A stretch of 64,000 nucleotides of DNA from positions 14,473 through 78,472 of the forward strand of contig CAYHPR010000003.1 in assembly GCA_964358895.1 (NCBI GenBank), written 5' to 3'. Positions 40,053-49,772 of the stretch are shown here, in pieces. The notes under the pieces were generated by a model. The model did not search any database. It worked only from the letters and a program-made list of their open reading frames with translations, and had not been told where the DNA came from. The position numbers and the translations under genes were made by a program. The first letter of the stretch is position 1, and every line of letters starts with the position of its first letter. This stretch comes from Candidatus Micrarchaeota archaeon. GTDB taxonomy: Archaea; Micrarchaeota; Micrarchaeia; CABMEP01.

Positions 40053-40652
40053 ATGTTCGGACGTTCGATAGTTCTTTCGGTTATCGGAAAGGGATACCGA
40101 ATAGAGCTTTTAGCTGTGCTTTTTGATTATCCAAGTAGAAAGTTTACTATCAATGAGCTAGCTAAGACGGCAGGAGTGCCAGTAATGACTGCACATAGGG
40201 CTGTAAGAGAATTTCAGAGATTAGGCCTCGTCGAAATAGAATCGATAGGCAAATCATTTGTTGTTACTTTGAACAAAAAGTCTAAGTTGGTTGAATCGTT
40301 AAAAAAACTTAGTCTCCCAGATCCATTTGTAGACGCAGCTAAAAAGTTTGCAAAAGAGATGTCAACTACCAAAGGGGTTGAAGAGATATATCTGTTTGGG
40401 AGCGTGGCTAAGAGAAAACATAAATTGACCAGCGATGTTGATCTCGCAGTAATTTACAATTCTGAAAAAATCACAAAAAAGGAAATTGAAACTAAATTGT
40501 CTGAAGCTGTCAGTAACATTTTATTAACTAATGCAATTAGGATAGTGCCATTGGCCATTACAAGAAGAGGAATGAAAACAGCTGCAGAAAGAGAATTTAT
40601 GAAAAGCGTATATGCCGGTGAATTGATATGGAAGGTTACGATCAAGCGTTAG
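40053..40652 (+). CDS. wHTH-fused minimal nucleotidyltransferase (MNT-type antitoxin)
   Basis: N-terminal winged helix. NTase motif LFGSVAKRKHKLTSDVDLAV (GS...D.D). Confidence 0.6.
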   Translation: MFGRSIVLSVIGKGYRIELLAVLFDYPSRKFTINELAKTAGVPVMTAHRAVREFQRLGLVEIESIGKSFVVTLNKKSKLVESLKKLSLPDPFVDAAKKFAKEMSTTKGVEEIYLFGSVAKRKHKLTSDVDLAVIYNSEKITKKEIETKLSEAVSNILLTNAIRIVPLAITRRGMKTAAEREFMKSVYAGELIWKVTIKR

Positions 40653-41023
40653 AGGAAGCAGAGGAATGGCTTTTATCCGCAAGAAATCTTTATTCAGTTG
40701 AAGTCAAAAAAGGAAGGAGAAGATATGCAGTTGTTGCAGCCCAGTGCATTCATTCAATTATAAGAGCTAACGACGCCTTATCTCTAAAGTTTTTGAATCA
40801 ACGAGCTAAGCAGCATTCTGATGCAGCAGTTCTTTTTTTGGAGCTCATCAAACGCAACAAGATAAAAAGTTCAGAAGCAAAATTCAGAGATATTCTTATC
40901 AAGACAGCAAGAGAAAAATCATCAATTGAATACTACGGAGAAGCAATAACTTCTGCAGAAGCTTCGAAATGGCTGGAGAATACTGAAAATTTTCTTAAGA
41001 TGACGAGGGAGTATTTATCATAG
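40628..41023 (+). CDS. HEPN-domain protein (toxin partner of MNT)
   Basis: All-helical, about 130 aa. QRAKQH is an R-x3-H motif, close to the HEPN Rx4-6H signature. Overlaps the upstream MNT gene by 25 nt. Confidence 0.5.
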   Translation: MEGYDQALEEAEEWLLSARNLYSVEVKKGRRRYAVVAAQCIHSIIRANDALSLKFLNQRAKQHSDAAVLFLELIKRNKIKSSEAKFRDILIKTAREKSSIEYYGEAITSAEASKWLENTENFLKMTREYLS

Positions 41024-41725
41024 TTGAAAAGATTTGATCTTATGCAAAATGTATCTATTATTGTTCCTGCGCATAATGAAGAAGCAAACATTCCAAACCT
41101 AGTACAGCAGCTTCATCGTTATCAGCCAGGCGCAGAAATAATAATTGTTGACGATCATTCAACCGATAAAACTGCAGAGGTTGTTAAAAAACTGGAGAAG
41201 AAGTACGAATTTCTTCGTCTTATCAAAAAGAAAGGTCCAAAGGGAAAGACAACTGCCTTACTTCAAGGTTTTACGGCCGCTAAGGGAGAGATCATCGGAA
41301 TGATTGATGCAGATCTCCAGTATCCTCCTTCAGCAATTCCGAAGATGGTGAAACTGATAAGAGAAGGTAAAGCAGATTTAGTAATAGGGAAAAGAATCTT
41401 TAAGGATCCTAACCTGTTCCGTAGATTTCTCTCCTTAGGTTTCACTTGGTTCTTCGGAAAATTTTTACTTGGAATTCCCGCGACAGACATTCAATCTGGG
41501 GAAAAAGTTTTCAGGAAGGAAATTCTTGATGACGTTGATGTTAAGGCAAGGAGATGGGGTTTTGATGTTGAATTTTTATTCAAGGCTAAGCAAGCAGGTT
41601 ACGGGATAGCAGAAGTACCTATCGTTTTTTCTGAAAGAAAGGCAGGAATGACTAAAATTAATGTGGTTAATACAATTATCGATCTTACAGCAACTGCTCT
41701 GAGACTTTTCGTTTTCAGAAGATAA
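41024..41725 (+). CDS. dolichyl-phosphate mannosyl/glucosyl-transferase-like GT2
   Basis: VSIIVPAHNEEANI, IIVDDHSTDKT, GMIDADLQYPP and FDVEFLFKAK. The track start is TTG; an alternative ATG lies at 41042. Confidence 0.75.
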   Translation: MKRFDLMQNVSIIVPAHNEEANIPNLVQQLHRYQPGAEIIIVDDHSTDKTAEVVKKLEKKYEFLRLIKKKGPKGKTTALLQGFTAAKGEIIGMIDADLQYPPSAIPKMVKLIREGKADLVIGKRIFKDPNLFRRFLSLGFTWFFGKFLLGIPATDIQSGEKVFRKEILDDVDVKARRWGFDVEFLFKAKQAGYGIAEVPIVFSERKAGMTKINVVNTIIDLTATALRLFVFRR

Positions 41726-41792
41726 ACTTATAAAAAATCAAAAAATTACAAAAAAATCGAAGAATTTTTAAAAAATGAAACAGGAGAAATGT

Positions 41793-41802
41793 TTATAAAT
41801 AG
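41793..41802 (+). promoter_or_regulatory. TATA-box-like element upstream of the large surface-protein gene
   Basis: TTTATAAATA lies about 50 nt upstream of the ATG at 41851 and is preceded by an A-rich stretch. Confidence 0.3.
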
Positions 41803-41850
41803 TAAAGGAACTAAGTTCTAATACAGTTTGGCAGAGCTAATGTGAATTGA

Positions 41851-44800
41851 ATGAAACAAAATAACGGCAAGTCAGATTTAGTGGTAAGAAAAATTAATCT
41901 TTTTTATCTTGCTGTCGGTTTGTTCACAGTTCTTATTATTGCAGGGCTTGTCAAGCTAACAGATTTTGCTTCATGTACAACTGGTTATGGTTACGGATAT
42001 GGGTTGGGTGCAGCATGTAAGTTAGGTGCATTTATCCTTGATACGTTGGCTCCAAGCATATCAAACCCACGCCTAGATATTAATAATAATATACTATTTG
42101 ATGTTAACGATCCTTACCAACAGTTCGAACAGCACGAATTCAATCCAACCGGCGTCTCCCAAGGTAAAACAACAAGTGATGCAAGTTTCAGGCCAACAAA
42201 CCGAATATTTATTAATGAATTATGGATCCCTGTAGGCGCACGTCCAACTGGATTGGCGAGCATACAATTTAAACCATTTCCGGATGCGCCAACGATAGGT
42301 TACGGTGTTACTGTGTCTGTAGTTGATGCATTAACTGGGCAAACATTAGCAACCCGTGATTTCGGTGTTATAAGTGGAGATGTAGTGGATATCAGTACTG
42401 CTTTATTATCTATTCTGCAATCTATAATGAGCAATAAGCAATGCAAAGAGAATGAATTCCATTTCTGCGTATTGAATTTTGTTTCTAGTGAAGGAAGAGT
42501 TGAGGTAAGAACAGGAGAAGAATTTATCGGCCGACAATTTACACTCATTTACGATTACGCATCCGGCCTTAACTACCCAGAAACACTTGATTTCAGCGGA
42601 ATCAATGCGTTCCTCAACCCAAGAACAATCAGCACATTCAGTGATGGAAAAAGCAGCAAAGAAATAGCGTTTCAATCTGAACTAGGCGAAGATATCGTTA
42701 ATGTTAATATTCCGAAGGATTCTCTTGTTTATGACTTAACATTACTATTCAAGAAAACAATAATTGATCAGCCAGCTCTTGGATCAACTGTAACGCTGCG
42801 ATCTGCAGATGCATTCGGAGTAGTTCAAAGCGGTGTTATTCAAAGTTTCACTATAACTGAGCCAACAACAATTGACAGATTAGTATTATACAGTCTTTCC
42901 AGACAATCAGGTACTGGTGGGCCATTAGCCATTGCATTGTATGATGGATCTCCATTTGCTTCTAGTAATACTTATATGACTACATCAGTTGCACCAACCG
43001 AAGTTGGAAATACGATAAAGAATTATGCTATTGACTTTTCACCTGTTACTCTGCAGCCAGGTACATATTACATAAGAGCAACTGCAGGTCCAACCGCTGA
43101 TGGTAAATGGGTGTTAAGTATGTCAGGAGACGCAATAGATGCGTATACGGGTGGTGTAGCATATTTCATTCAACCAGATGTTGGCAGTGTACAAATTACT
43201 AAGGATCTTTCATTTTCACTCCGAGGATCCGGGGCACCTCCAAATCTTAAGGTTGACATAGGTAACGATGGAACAATTGAATCAGGCCAATTTGATCTGA
43301 GTTCATACCTCTCCAACTGTTTTGTTGTTGATGTAACTGAAGAAGGGAAGGTTTGTCAGATTCCAATAGGAATTTCTGCCGATGGTGGAGCAGCAGAGGT
43401 TAGTGTTAGTATCTCTTATCAGAATGTCCCAATAATCTATAGAGGATGTGAACTCCTAACTGTGTTAGGTGGACGAGACATCTTTGAGCCAGTCGGCGAC
43501 AGAAATGGGGGCGCATCAAGTTATCTTTATTCAGACGGCGAAGTCAATGTTGTTAGAACTTGTAAAGCTATAGGCTTTGATCCATCCACCGTTAAAGGAC
43601 TTCGTGTGAAGGACAGAGCACTCAATACAAGAGATGTCGGCGTTCAACTTATAATTGACAGGACACCTCCTGTTACTACTGCAACAGTAGATCCAACTGC
43701 ACCAGGAAGTGGATGGTATAATTCAGCTACAACTTCCGGATTCGGTGCTCAGACAATCGCCGTATTACTTACTTCTGTCGATCCAATCGTACAAGGTGAA
43801 ACAACAACTGGAGTCAAACAAGTCAATTATATTGTTGATGCAGGACCAACTCAAACGTCACTTACTTCCGTAGTTTCGTTCCCAATCAGTGGTGAAGGAA
43901 TTCATTCGGTTCAGTTTTATGCAACTGATAACGCAAACAATGCAGAGCAGACAAAGACACTTGTACCTGCAATTAAGATTGATACCAGATCGCCAATTAC
44001 AACTGCCAACAATCCACAAACAAGTGGTAGCTGGAGCAACGTGCCTGTTACAGTTACATTCAGTTCTGCTGACGACACAGCTGTAACAAGTGATGTTTCA
44101 GGATTCGCAGGCACATTCGCATGTGTTGATCAAACTAATACTTGCGATCCATTCGCAAGTGTGACAAACGTAGTCCCAGGATCAACAACTGTATCTGCTG
44201 AAGGCAGAAACTATGTTAGATACGGGTCAGTGGATGTAGCAGATAACAAAGAAGTAGTCAAGTCAACAACTGTTCAGATCGATTACACAGCACCTGTCAC
44301 AACTTCATTAACAACTGGAACAGTGCAAGGTTCTCCATTCAACCTTGAGCCAAACTTATACTACTTAGACAGCGCAACTGTGACTTTGACAGCCACAGAT
44401 CCATTGCCAGTCGGTGTTAACCTCCAGTCCGGTGTAGCTGATACGCAATATTGTGTTGATCAAACCGATACGTGCACTCCATCAACAAGCGGCACATCTG
44501 TAGGTGTCACAACACAAGGAATCAATTACGTCAGATTCAACTCTGTTGACAATGCAAACAACGCTGAAACAGTCAAATCGATTGTAGTTAGAATTAACAA
44601 GGATAGTGACGGAGACGGTGTTTACGATAATTTTGATGCATGTCCAACCACAACCGGACCATATCAGGGATGTCCAGTTGGAGACAAGAACCATGTTGAC
44701 TTACACATCATAGACCAAGCTAAACGTGGTGACTGCAATGGAGCAGGAAGCTGTAAGTTCCCAATTGAGGGTGCAACAGTCAAAGTATTCAACAGAAATG

Positions 44801-45627
44801 ATGCAACATTCCAATCATTATACGGTGGAAAGAACCCATCTGGAACATTATACCCAACCATATACGAGGGTTCAGCTGGTTGGATAGGTGCAAACGTACC
44901 ATTATACAGCCTGTTAGGTTACAGCTGCAAGACTAACGCAGCAGGTGACTGTACAGCTGGTGAAGCAGCAGTTGGTGACTATTTGGTTATAGTTAAGCAT
45001 GTTGATCCAGAGACCAACACAAAGGTATACAGCGGCAAGCCGAAGAGCCCAGGTGACTTTATCAGTGGAGTAGCCACAAAGGAATTCCAGATCATTAAGA
45101 CAATCACAAAGACAGGTACGATTGACTTCAAAGGTGGCAGTAAGACACAATTCGTAGGATCTTTGCTTGAAGTTGTTTATCCGGATTACGCAATCTGGCA
45201 AAATTCATTGGAGTTCTATCCATTCATCTTCACATCCGACAGCGCATGGACAGCTGATGTTTGTGTGATGGTTCCAGAAGGATACAAAGTCGTTTCACCT
45301 GGTGAATGCACACAAGTCTTTGTAGCTGGTGAGACAAAGGAAATTGTATTCGAAGTTACTCACGTCGCTAGCCCAGAACCAAATGTCGAAGTATCATTGA
45401 AGGCAAAGGCACCATCTGGAAAGGTTACTGAACAAACATTGTCAATCAGTGGAGTAAGAGTTGCAACACTTGAAGGTCAAGTCAGACAGATCCAGGAGCA
45501 GTCAAAGGTTGGCGCAGTTTCAACAACTGCTCTGATTGCAATAGCAATCTTCGTAGTTCTAGTCGTAGTTAGCATTGTATTGCTAATGAGAAGAGAGAAG
45601 GGTGAAGAAGGCACTGAGACACAGTAA
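41851..45627 (+). CDS. large cell-surface protein (1258 aa) with N-terminal signal anchor, repeated beta-domains, a Ca-binding-like DxDxDG motif and a C-terminal TM anchor
   Basis: N-terminal hydrophobic segment and a GYGYGYG stretch. Three repeats of about 100 aa ending in ...NYVR(Y/F).SVD.A(N/D)N.E..K. DSDGDGVYDN. C-terminal TM VSTTALIAIAIFVVLVVVSIVLL plus a charged tail. Thr-rich. Confidence 0.65.
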   Translation: MKQNNGKSDLVVRKINLFYLAVGLFTVLIIAGLVKLTDFASCTTGYGYGYGLGAACKLGAFILDTLAPSISNPRLDINNNILFDVNDPYQQFEQHEFNPTGVSQGKTTSDASFRPTNRIFINELWIPVGARPTGLASIQFKPFPDAPTIGYGVTVSVVDALTGQTLATRDFGVISGDVVDISTALLSILQSIMSNKQCKENEFHFCVLNFVSSEGRVEVRTGEEFIGRQFTLIYDYASGLNYPETLDFSGINAFLNPRTISTFSDGKSSKEIAFQSELGEDIVNVNIPKDSLVYDLTLLFKKTIIDQPALGSTVTLRSADAFGVVQSGVIQSFTITEPTTIDRLVLYSLSRQSGTGGPLAIALYDGSPFASSNTYMTTSVAPTEVGNTIKNYAIDFSPVTLQPGTYYIRATAGPTADGKWVLSMSGDAIDAYTGGVAYFIQPDVGSVQITKDLSFSLRGSGAPPNLKVDIGNDGTIESGQFDLSSYLSNCFVVDVTEEGKVCQIPIGISADGGAAEVSVSISYQNVPIIYRGCELLTVLGGRDIFEPVGDRNGGASSYLYSDGEVNVVRTCKAIGFDPSTVKGLRVKDRALNTRDVGVQLIIDRTPPVTTATVDPTAPGSGWYNSATTSGFGAQTIAVLLTSVDPIVQGETTTGVKQVNYIVDAGPTQTSLTSVVSFPISGEGIHSVQFYATDNANNAEQTKTLVPAIKIDTRSPITTANNPQTSGSWSNVPVTVTFSSADDTAVTSDVSGFAGTFACVDQTNTCDPFASVTNVVPGSTTVSAEGRNYVRYGSVDVADNKEVVKSTTVQIDYTAPVTTSLTTGTVQGSPFNLEPNLYYLDSATVTLTATDPLPVGVNLQSGVADTQYCVDQTDTCTPSTSGTSVGVTTQGINYVRFNSVDNANNAETVKSIVVRINKDSDGDGVYDNFDACPTTTGPYQGCPVGDKNHVDLHIIDQAKRGDCNGAGSCKFPIEGATVKVFNRNDATFQSLYGGKNPSGTLYPTIYEGSAGWIGANVPLYSLLGYSCKTNAAGDCTAGEAAVGDYLVIVKHVDPETNTKVYSGKPKSPGDFISGVATKEFQIIKTITKTGTIDFKGGSKTQFVGSLLEVVYPDYAIWQNSLEFYPFIFTSDSAWTADVCVMVPEGYKVVSPGECTQVFVAGETKEIVFEVTHVASPEPNVEVSLKAKAPSGKVTEQTLSISGVRVATLEGQVRQIQEQSKVGAVSTTALIAIAIFVVLVVVSIVLLMRREKGEEGTETQ

Positions 45628-45630
45628 TTC

Positions 45631-45700
45631 TTTTTTTCATTTTTTTATTTTTATTTTTTGTTTTTTCTTTTCGTTTTTCAATTCGTTTTTCATTCTTTTG
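45631..45700 (+). terminator. T-tract transcription terminator region
   Basis: Oligo-T runs (TTTTTTT, TTTTTTTATTTTTATTTTTTGTTTTTT) begin immediately after the stop codon, the typical form of archaeal intrinsic termination. Confidence 0.5.
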
Positions 45701-45762
45701 TATAAGCTTAGTATAACTCTCTGAGCCATAAGGTTTAAAATATTATACTATAGCATATTGTA

Positions 45763-46302
45763 TTGATCTATATGGTTCAATTATTTAAACTATTAAATAG
45801 TGCGGTAGCAAGCAGAGTTCTTTTGTTTTTCTTAAAAAGCCCTACAAAAAAAGCCTACGCAGGAAAAATACTAAAAGAGATGGAGATATCGAAGAAGAGC
45901 CTTTTCGATTCCTTAGTTAAACTCAAAGGAGAGGGATATCTGGATGCAACACAGATAGGTAGAACTATTTCCTACTCATTGAATCGAAACAATCCGGTCG
46001 TTAAACAATTAAAAATTCTTTTGACACTTTCTGAGTTAGTTCCAAAGATTAAGCATTTTGAAGGCAAGGCAGAAGCCTACTTATACGGTTCTGCTGCAAG
46101 AGGCGAAGATACAGAAAGCAGCGATTTAGACCTTTTGATTATAAGCAAAATGGGGAAGGTAGAACTCATGCATAGCGTAAGGGAGATGTCTAAAGAAAAA
46201 ACAAAGTTTGTGATTCTGACTCCAATAGAATATGCAAGGCTTGCGCATAGCGATACACCGTTTTACGAAAGAATAGAAAAAGACAAGATAAGGTTGGTTT
46301 AA
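45763..46302 (+). CDS. wHTH-fused minimal nucleotidyltransferase (MNT-type antitoxin), second copy
   Basis: NTase motif YLYGSAARGEDTESSDLDLLI. N-terminal wHTH. Confidence 0.6.
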   Translation: MIYMVQLFKLLNSAVASRVLLFFLKSPTKKAYAGKILKEMEISKKSLFDSLVKLKGEGYLDATQIGRTISYSLNRNNPVVKQLKILLTLSELVPKIKHFEGKAEAYLYGSAARGEDTESSDLDLLIISKMGKVELMHSVREMSKEKTKFVILTPIEYARLAHSDTPFYERIEKDKIRLV

Positions 46303-46721
46303 TGGATGTAGAAAAATTTATTGAAAAGGGATTTATCAAGAAGATAGAGCCATCAAAAGATCTGGTGATCAAAGAGTTTAAAGAAGCAGATTACGATCTG
46401 TCAAAGGCAAAAAAGGCAATTATTGACGAAGATTTTAAATGGGCTACGGTTAAAGCATATTATGCTATCTTCCATTCTGCAAAGGCAATCTTATTCAGTT
46501 TAGGATTACAAGAGAAAACACATTTCATTGTAGGAGAAGTTTTGAAAGAACTTAGTAAAGATGGTAAATTAGAATCAAATTATACCGATGTATTCAATGC
46601 AGCATTAGCCGCAAGAGAGGACGCCGACTATCATTACGAATATTCCGATAAAACAGCAAAAGAATTGGTGACAATGGCAGTAGATTTTGTCAAAAGGATG
46701 AAGAAAATGGACTTGATGTGA
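46302..46721 (+). CDS. HEPN-domain protein
   Basis: REDADYH is an R-x5-H HEPN motif. All-alpha. Start overlaps the MNT stop. Confidence 0.55.
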   Translation: MDVEKFIEKGFIKKIEPSKDLVIKEFKEADYDLSKAKKAIIDEDFKWATVKAYYAIFHSAKAILFSLGLQEKTHFIVGEVLKELSKDGKLESNYTDVFNAALAAREDADYHYEYSDKTAKELVTMAVDFVKRMKKMDLM

Positions 46722-46727
46722 TGATTT

Positions 46728-47714
46728 ATGCTTAAAATATTTTTATTCCTTTTTAGTTTAGCAATCATCGGAGTGCTTGTTTACCTTAGCGATCCAACGA
46801 AGCTATTAGGTTATTTGTCAAAGGTTGACCTATCAACTATATTCATACTTCTAGTTATTAGTCTTCTAGCCTTGTTTATCCGTGTCTACAGACTTCAGTT
46901 CCTGCTTAGTAAAAAATACAAAATTAGCTATCGTTCACTGTTTCCAATTTACATGTACGGTCTCGCATTAAGCAACATTATTCCAGGCCGCGTATCTGAA
47001 CCTGTAAGGGCTTTGTTGCTTAAGATTATCGATAAAATTCCTCTTTCTTTCTCTCTTGGAGCTGTTTTTCTGGAGCGTCTTAGCGATATGATAGTTATCC
47101 TTCTCTTTTCGTTGCTAGCTTTCTATTTCGTTAATGCATCAGTCTTCATTATTCCTTTTGCAGTCATCCTAGCCTCAATTTTGATAGTCATCTTTACGTC
47201 TCAGCATCCATTGACAAAACAGGGTGTCTTCATTATCCTTGATACATTAAAGATGGGGAAACATAAAAAGATCTTCTCAACTCTTCTTACCGAGGTCAAG
47301 GTCTCAAAAGCCTTTATTTATCCATTGGCCATGTCTTTCGCAGTCTGGTTGATAGACGGGTATATGTTTTACTTCGCACTTCAGGCAGTTGGGGCCGAAG
47401 TCAATTTCTTTGCGGTTCTCGGCTTTTTCACTCTCTCACTTATTGTAGGTTTAGTTAGCTTCCTTCCGGGCGGATTAGGTTCATTTGAAGCTGCAATGGC
47501 ACTGTTGTTATCCTATACAGGTACAGAATACTCATTAGCATTAGCCGGTGTCATTTTGGCACGTCTATTCTTTGTATGGCTTGTTGTACTCGGTGGCGTT
47601 CTATCTTCTTTAGCAATCAAACAAGAGAATCTCAAAGAGATGCAAAAGCAGTCAATGAGCTTCTTAAACCATGGAAAGAATAGCAAAAATAGCAGCAAAA
47701 AGAACAAGCGATAA
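46728..47714 (+). CDS. flippase-like membrane protein (UPF0104 / LPG-synthase-TM family)
   Basis: Eight TM helices. Signature LPGGLGSFEAAMALLL matches the PGGxGxxE motif of the family often paired with GT2 dolichyl-phosphate glycosyltransferases. Confidence 0.55.
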   Translation: MLKIFLFLFSLAIIGVLVYLSDPTKLLGYLSKVDLSTIFILLVISLLALFIRVYRLQFLLSKKYKISYRSLFPIYMYGLALSNIIPGRVSEPVRALLLKIIDKIPLSFSLGAVFLERLSDMIVILLFSLLAFYFVNASVFIIPFAVILASILIVIFTSQHPLTKQGVFIILDTLKMGKHKKIFSTLLTEVKVSKAFIYPLAMSFAVWLIDGYMFYFALQAVGAEVNFFAVLGFFTLSLIVGLVSFLPGGLGSFEAAMALLLSYTGTEYSLALAGVILARLFFVWLVVLGGVLSSLAIKQENLKEMQKQSMSFLNHGKNSKNSSKKNKR

Positions 47715-47785
47715 AACCTAATTCTTCATCCGACAGCGTCGACAGAAAGCCATATATATCTTTTCTACTTAGTAAACTGATTCAA

Positions 47786-48892
47786 ATGTTTGTTAATTCG
47801 ACCAAAGCAGGGCAGACAGATAACAACATAGTCTCTTCTGCTTCTTCTGTTTTTATCAAAAAACAACCCGCCAGTCTACCCTGTATTCAGGCTGATTTTC
47901 TAACTAAGTCAAAATCATTTGTTCTGCACAAAAAAACTAAATCAAATGGGATTGAAAAGGAGACAATTCTGCTTAGGCCTGCCTCAGAATCCGATAGTAT
48001 GGAGATAGTCCGAGTTCATAATGAAGCCTGGAAGAATGAGCAACTTTTTGCAACAGTTCAACAGTTTTCCTCCCGCTTTAAGATTTTTCCAGAAGGCCAA
48101 ATAGCCGCGTATAACGAACGCGGAGACTCGATCGGAGTTATAAGTTCTTTTATAGCTGATTGGACATTTGACAGATCCAGTTTGTTTGTCACGCAAAATG
48201 ACAAGTTCGAGCTTACGTGGTCCAACGCCACAGGAAACGGGTTTCTCACAACTCATGATCCAAACGGAAACACGCTTGTTTGTCCATCTGTTGCAGTTAG
48301 GCAAGATTATCAAAAATATGGGATTGCCAAACAGTTAGTCCTTTTTCAAAAAGAGCTTGCAATCTTTTTAGGCGTCAAGCAGCTTGTTGCATACAGCCGA
48401 CCAGCTTCTTATGACGAGTATTGTAAACTTACCAACAGTGGTGTTTCGATAGATATGAATTATTACATCTATGTTACGCGTAAGGCAGAAAAAGTGTCAG
48501 AACTGGTTGAAAGGTATAAACAAACGAATCCTTCGGCAAATGCTGGCGAAATAGAAGAATATACGCAAGAAATCAAAAAGGAAACTGGTGCAGCACCATA
48601 TTTTGAATGGGCTGAGCGGAAAGGGAAAAGCGTAGGTAGAGGTTCTTTTCTAGATTATACTAAGATAAGAAAGCCTTACGATACTGCATTCGGTCTTATC
48701 CATATTCAAAATGGTGCGTTTCCAATAAAACTGATTCCGAATGGCAGGCCAGCCGACTGGGAAGCAAGAGGATGGATAGTTATTACTGAATATCCGTTAC
48801 CTGTGAGAGGTTCGGATGGAAATGAAGGAATCACTGCATTAGAAATGCAACCTAAAGAAAGTAGTACGATTTTTCAACAGCAGCAACAATGA
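47786..48892 (+). CDS. GNAT-like N-acetyltransferase domain protein with about 150-aa C-terminal extension (start uncertain)
   Basis: LLRPASESDSMEIVRVHNEAW resembles the start of GNAT motif C/D. VAVRQDYQKYGIAKQLV resembles the motif A Q/RxxGxG/A pattern. The first roughly 55 codons given by the ORF track may be untranslated. An AAAGGAG lies at 47957. Confidence 0.4.
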   Translation: MFVNSTKAGQTDNNIVSSASSVFIKKQPASLPCIQADFLTKSKSFVLHKKTKSNGIEKETILLRPASESDSMEIVRVHNEAWKNEQLFATVQQFSSRFKIFPEGQIAAYNERGDSIGVISSFIADWTFDRSSLFVTQNDKFELTWSNATGNGFLTTHDPNGNTLVCPSVAVRQDYQKYGIAKQLVLFQKELAIFLGVKQLVAYSRPASYDEYCKLTNSGVSIDMNYYIYVTRKAEKVSELVERYKQTNPSANAGEIEEYTQEIKKETGAAPYFEWAERKGKSVGRGSFLDYTKIRKPYDTAFGLIHIQNGAFPIKLIPNGRPADWEARGWIVITEYPLPVRGSDGNEGITALEMQPKESSTIFQQQQQ

Positions 48893-48985
48893 ATCACCTG
48901 CTGGAGTAAAGAGTTATAAAGCTTATTTGATAACATATTTACAGATAGAAACGAAAAAGACTAATTAATTATTCGAGGTTTTATT

Positions 48986-49699
48986 ATGTATCCAGTGCAA
49001 CCATCAGCTTATGATCGAGCCATTACTGTTTTCTCACCTGATGGTAGACTATTTCAGGTTGAATATGCAAAAGAAGCAGTCCGAAGAGGAGCAACGGCCA
49101 TCGGTTTAGCAAGCAATGATGGTATTGTTTTGATTGCACATAAAACAAAACCATCAAAACTTATTGTTCCTATTTCACTAAAGAAAATTTTCGAAGTTGA
49201 TGATCACGTAGCTATAGTGGCATCTGGTCTAGTTGCGGATGCAAGAAGACTTATTGATATGGCAAGAATAGAAGCACAACGATACCGCTACACCTACAAT
49301 GAGGCTGCAGATGTTGAATATTTGGCTAAGCACATAGCAGATCAAATGCAGCTTTACACCCAATACGGTGGTGCAAGACCATTCGGTGTCTCACTTATCT
49401 TTGGAGGAGTTGATTCAAATCCAAAGCTTTTCGAAGCTGAACCAAGCGGTGCATTAATTGGTGCCAAGGCATCTGTTATCGGTGCAGGAAAAACTGAGGT
49501 AACTGAATATCTTGAGAAAGAATACAGCGAATCAATGTCAGTCGAAGAACTTACTACTTTAGGATTCAAAGCAATGAAGCAAGTGCCAGAGATGAAGCTT
49601 AAGACAGACATATTTGATGTTGGAGTTATACCTACATCTTCGAAGAAATTCGAACTTCTTCCAATGGAAAAAGTAAATTCTTATGTTTCTAAAGCATGA
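48986..49699 (+). CDS. psmA: proteasome subunit alpha
   Basis: AYDRAITVFSPDGRLFQVEYA and VASGLVADAR...YTQYGGARPFGVSLIFGG show near-identical blocks to the Thermoplasma acidophilum PsmA sequence. Confidence 0.95.
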   Translation: MYPVQPSAYDRAITVFSPDGRLFQVEYAKEAVRRGATAIGLASNDGIVLIAHKTKPSKLIVPISLKKIFEVDDHVAIVASGLVADARRLIDMARIEAQRYRYTYNEAADVEYLAKHIADQMQLYTQYGGARPFGVSLIFGGVDSNPKLFEAEPSGALIGAKASVIGAGKTEVTEYLEKEYSESMSVEELTTLGFKAMKQVPEMKLKTDIFDVGVIPTSSKKFELLPMEKVNSYVSKA

Positions 49700-49742
49700 T
49701 TAATTAGCTTTTGTTGAAATAAATAATAAAAAGAAGGAGATA

Positions 49743-49762
49743 CTAAGAACCTTGGTTCTTAG
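49743..49762 (+). promoter_or_regulatory. perfect palindrome CTAAGAACC-TT-GGTTCTTAG immediately 5' of the SBDS ribosome-binding site
   Basis: Nine-bp perfect arms, followed by GGGTGAG and 5 nt later the ATG at 49773. The same core recurs at 53604. Confidence 0.5.
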
Positions 49763-49772
49763 GGTGAGTTGA

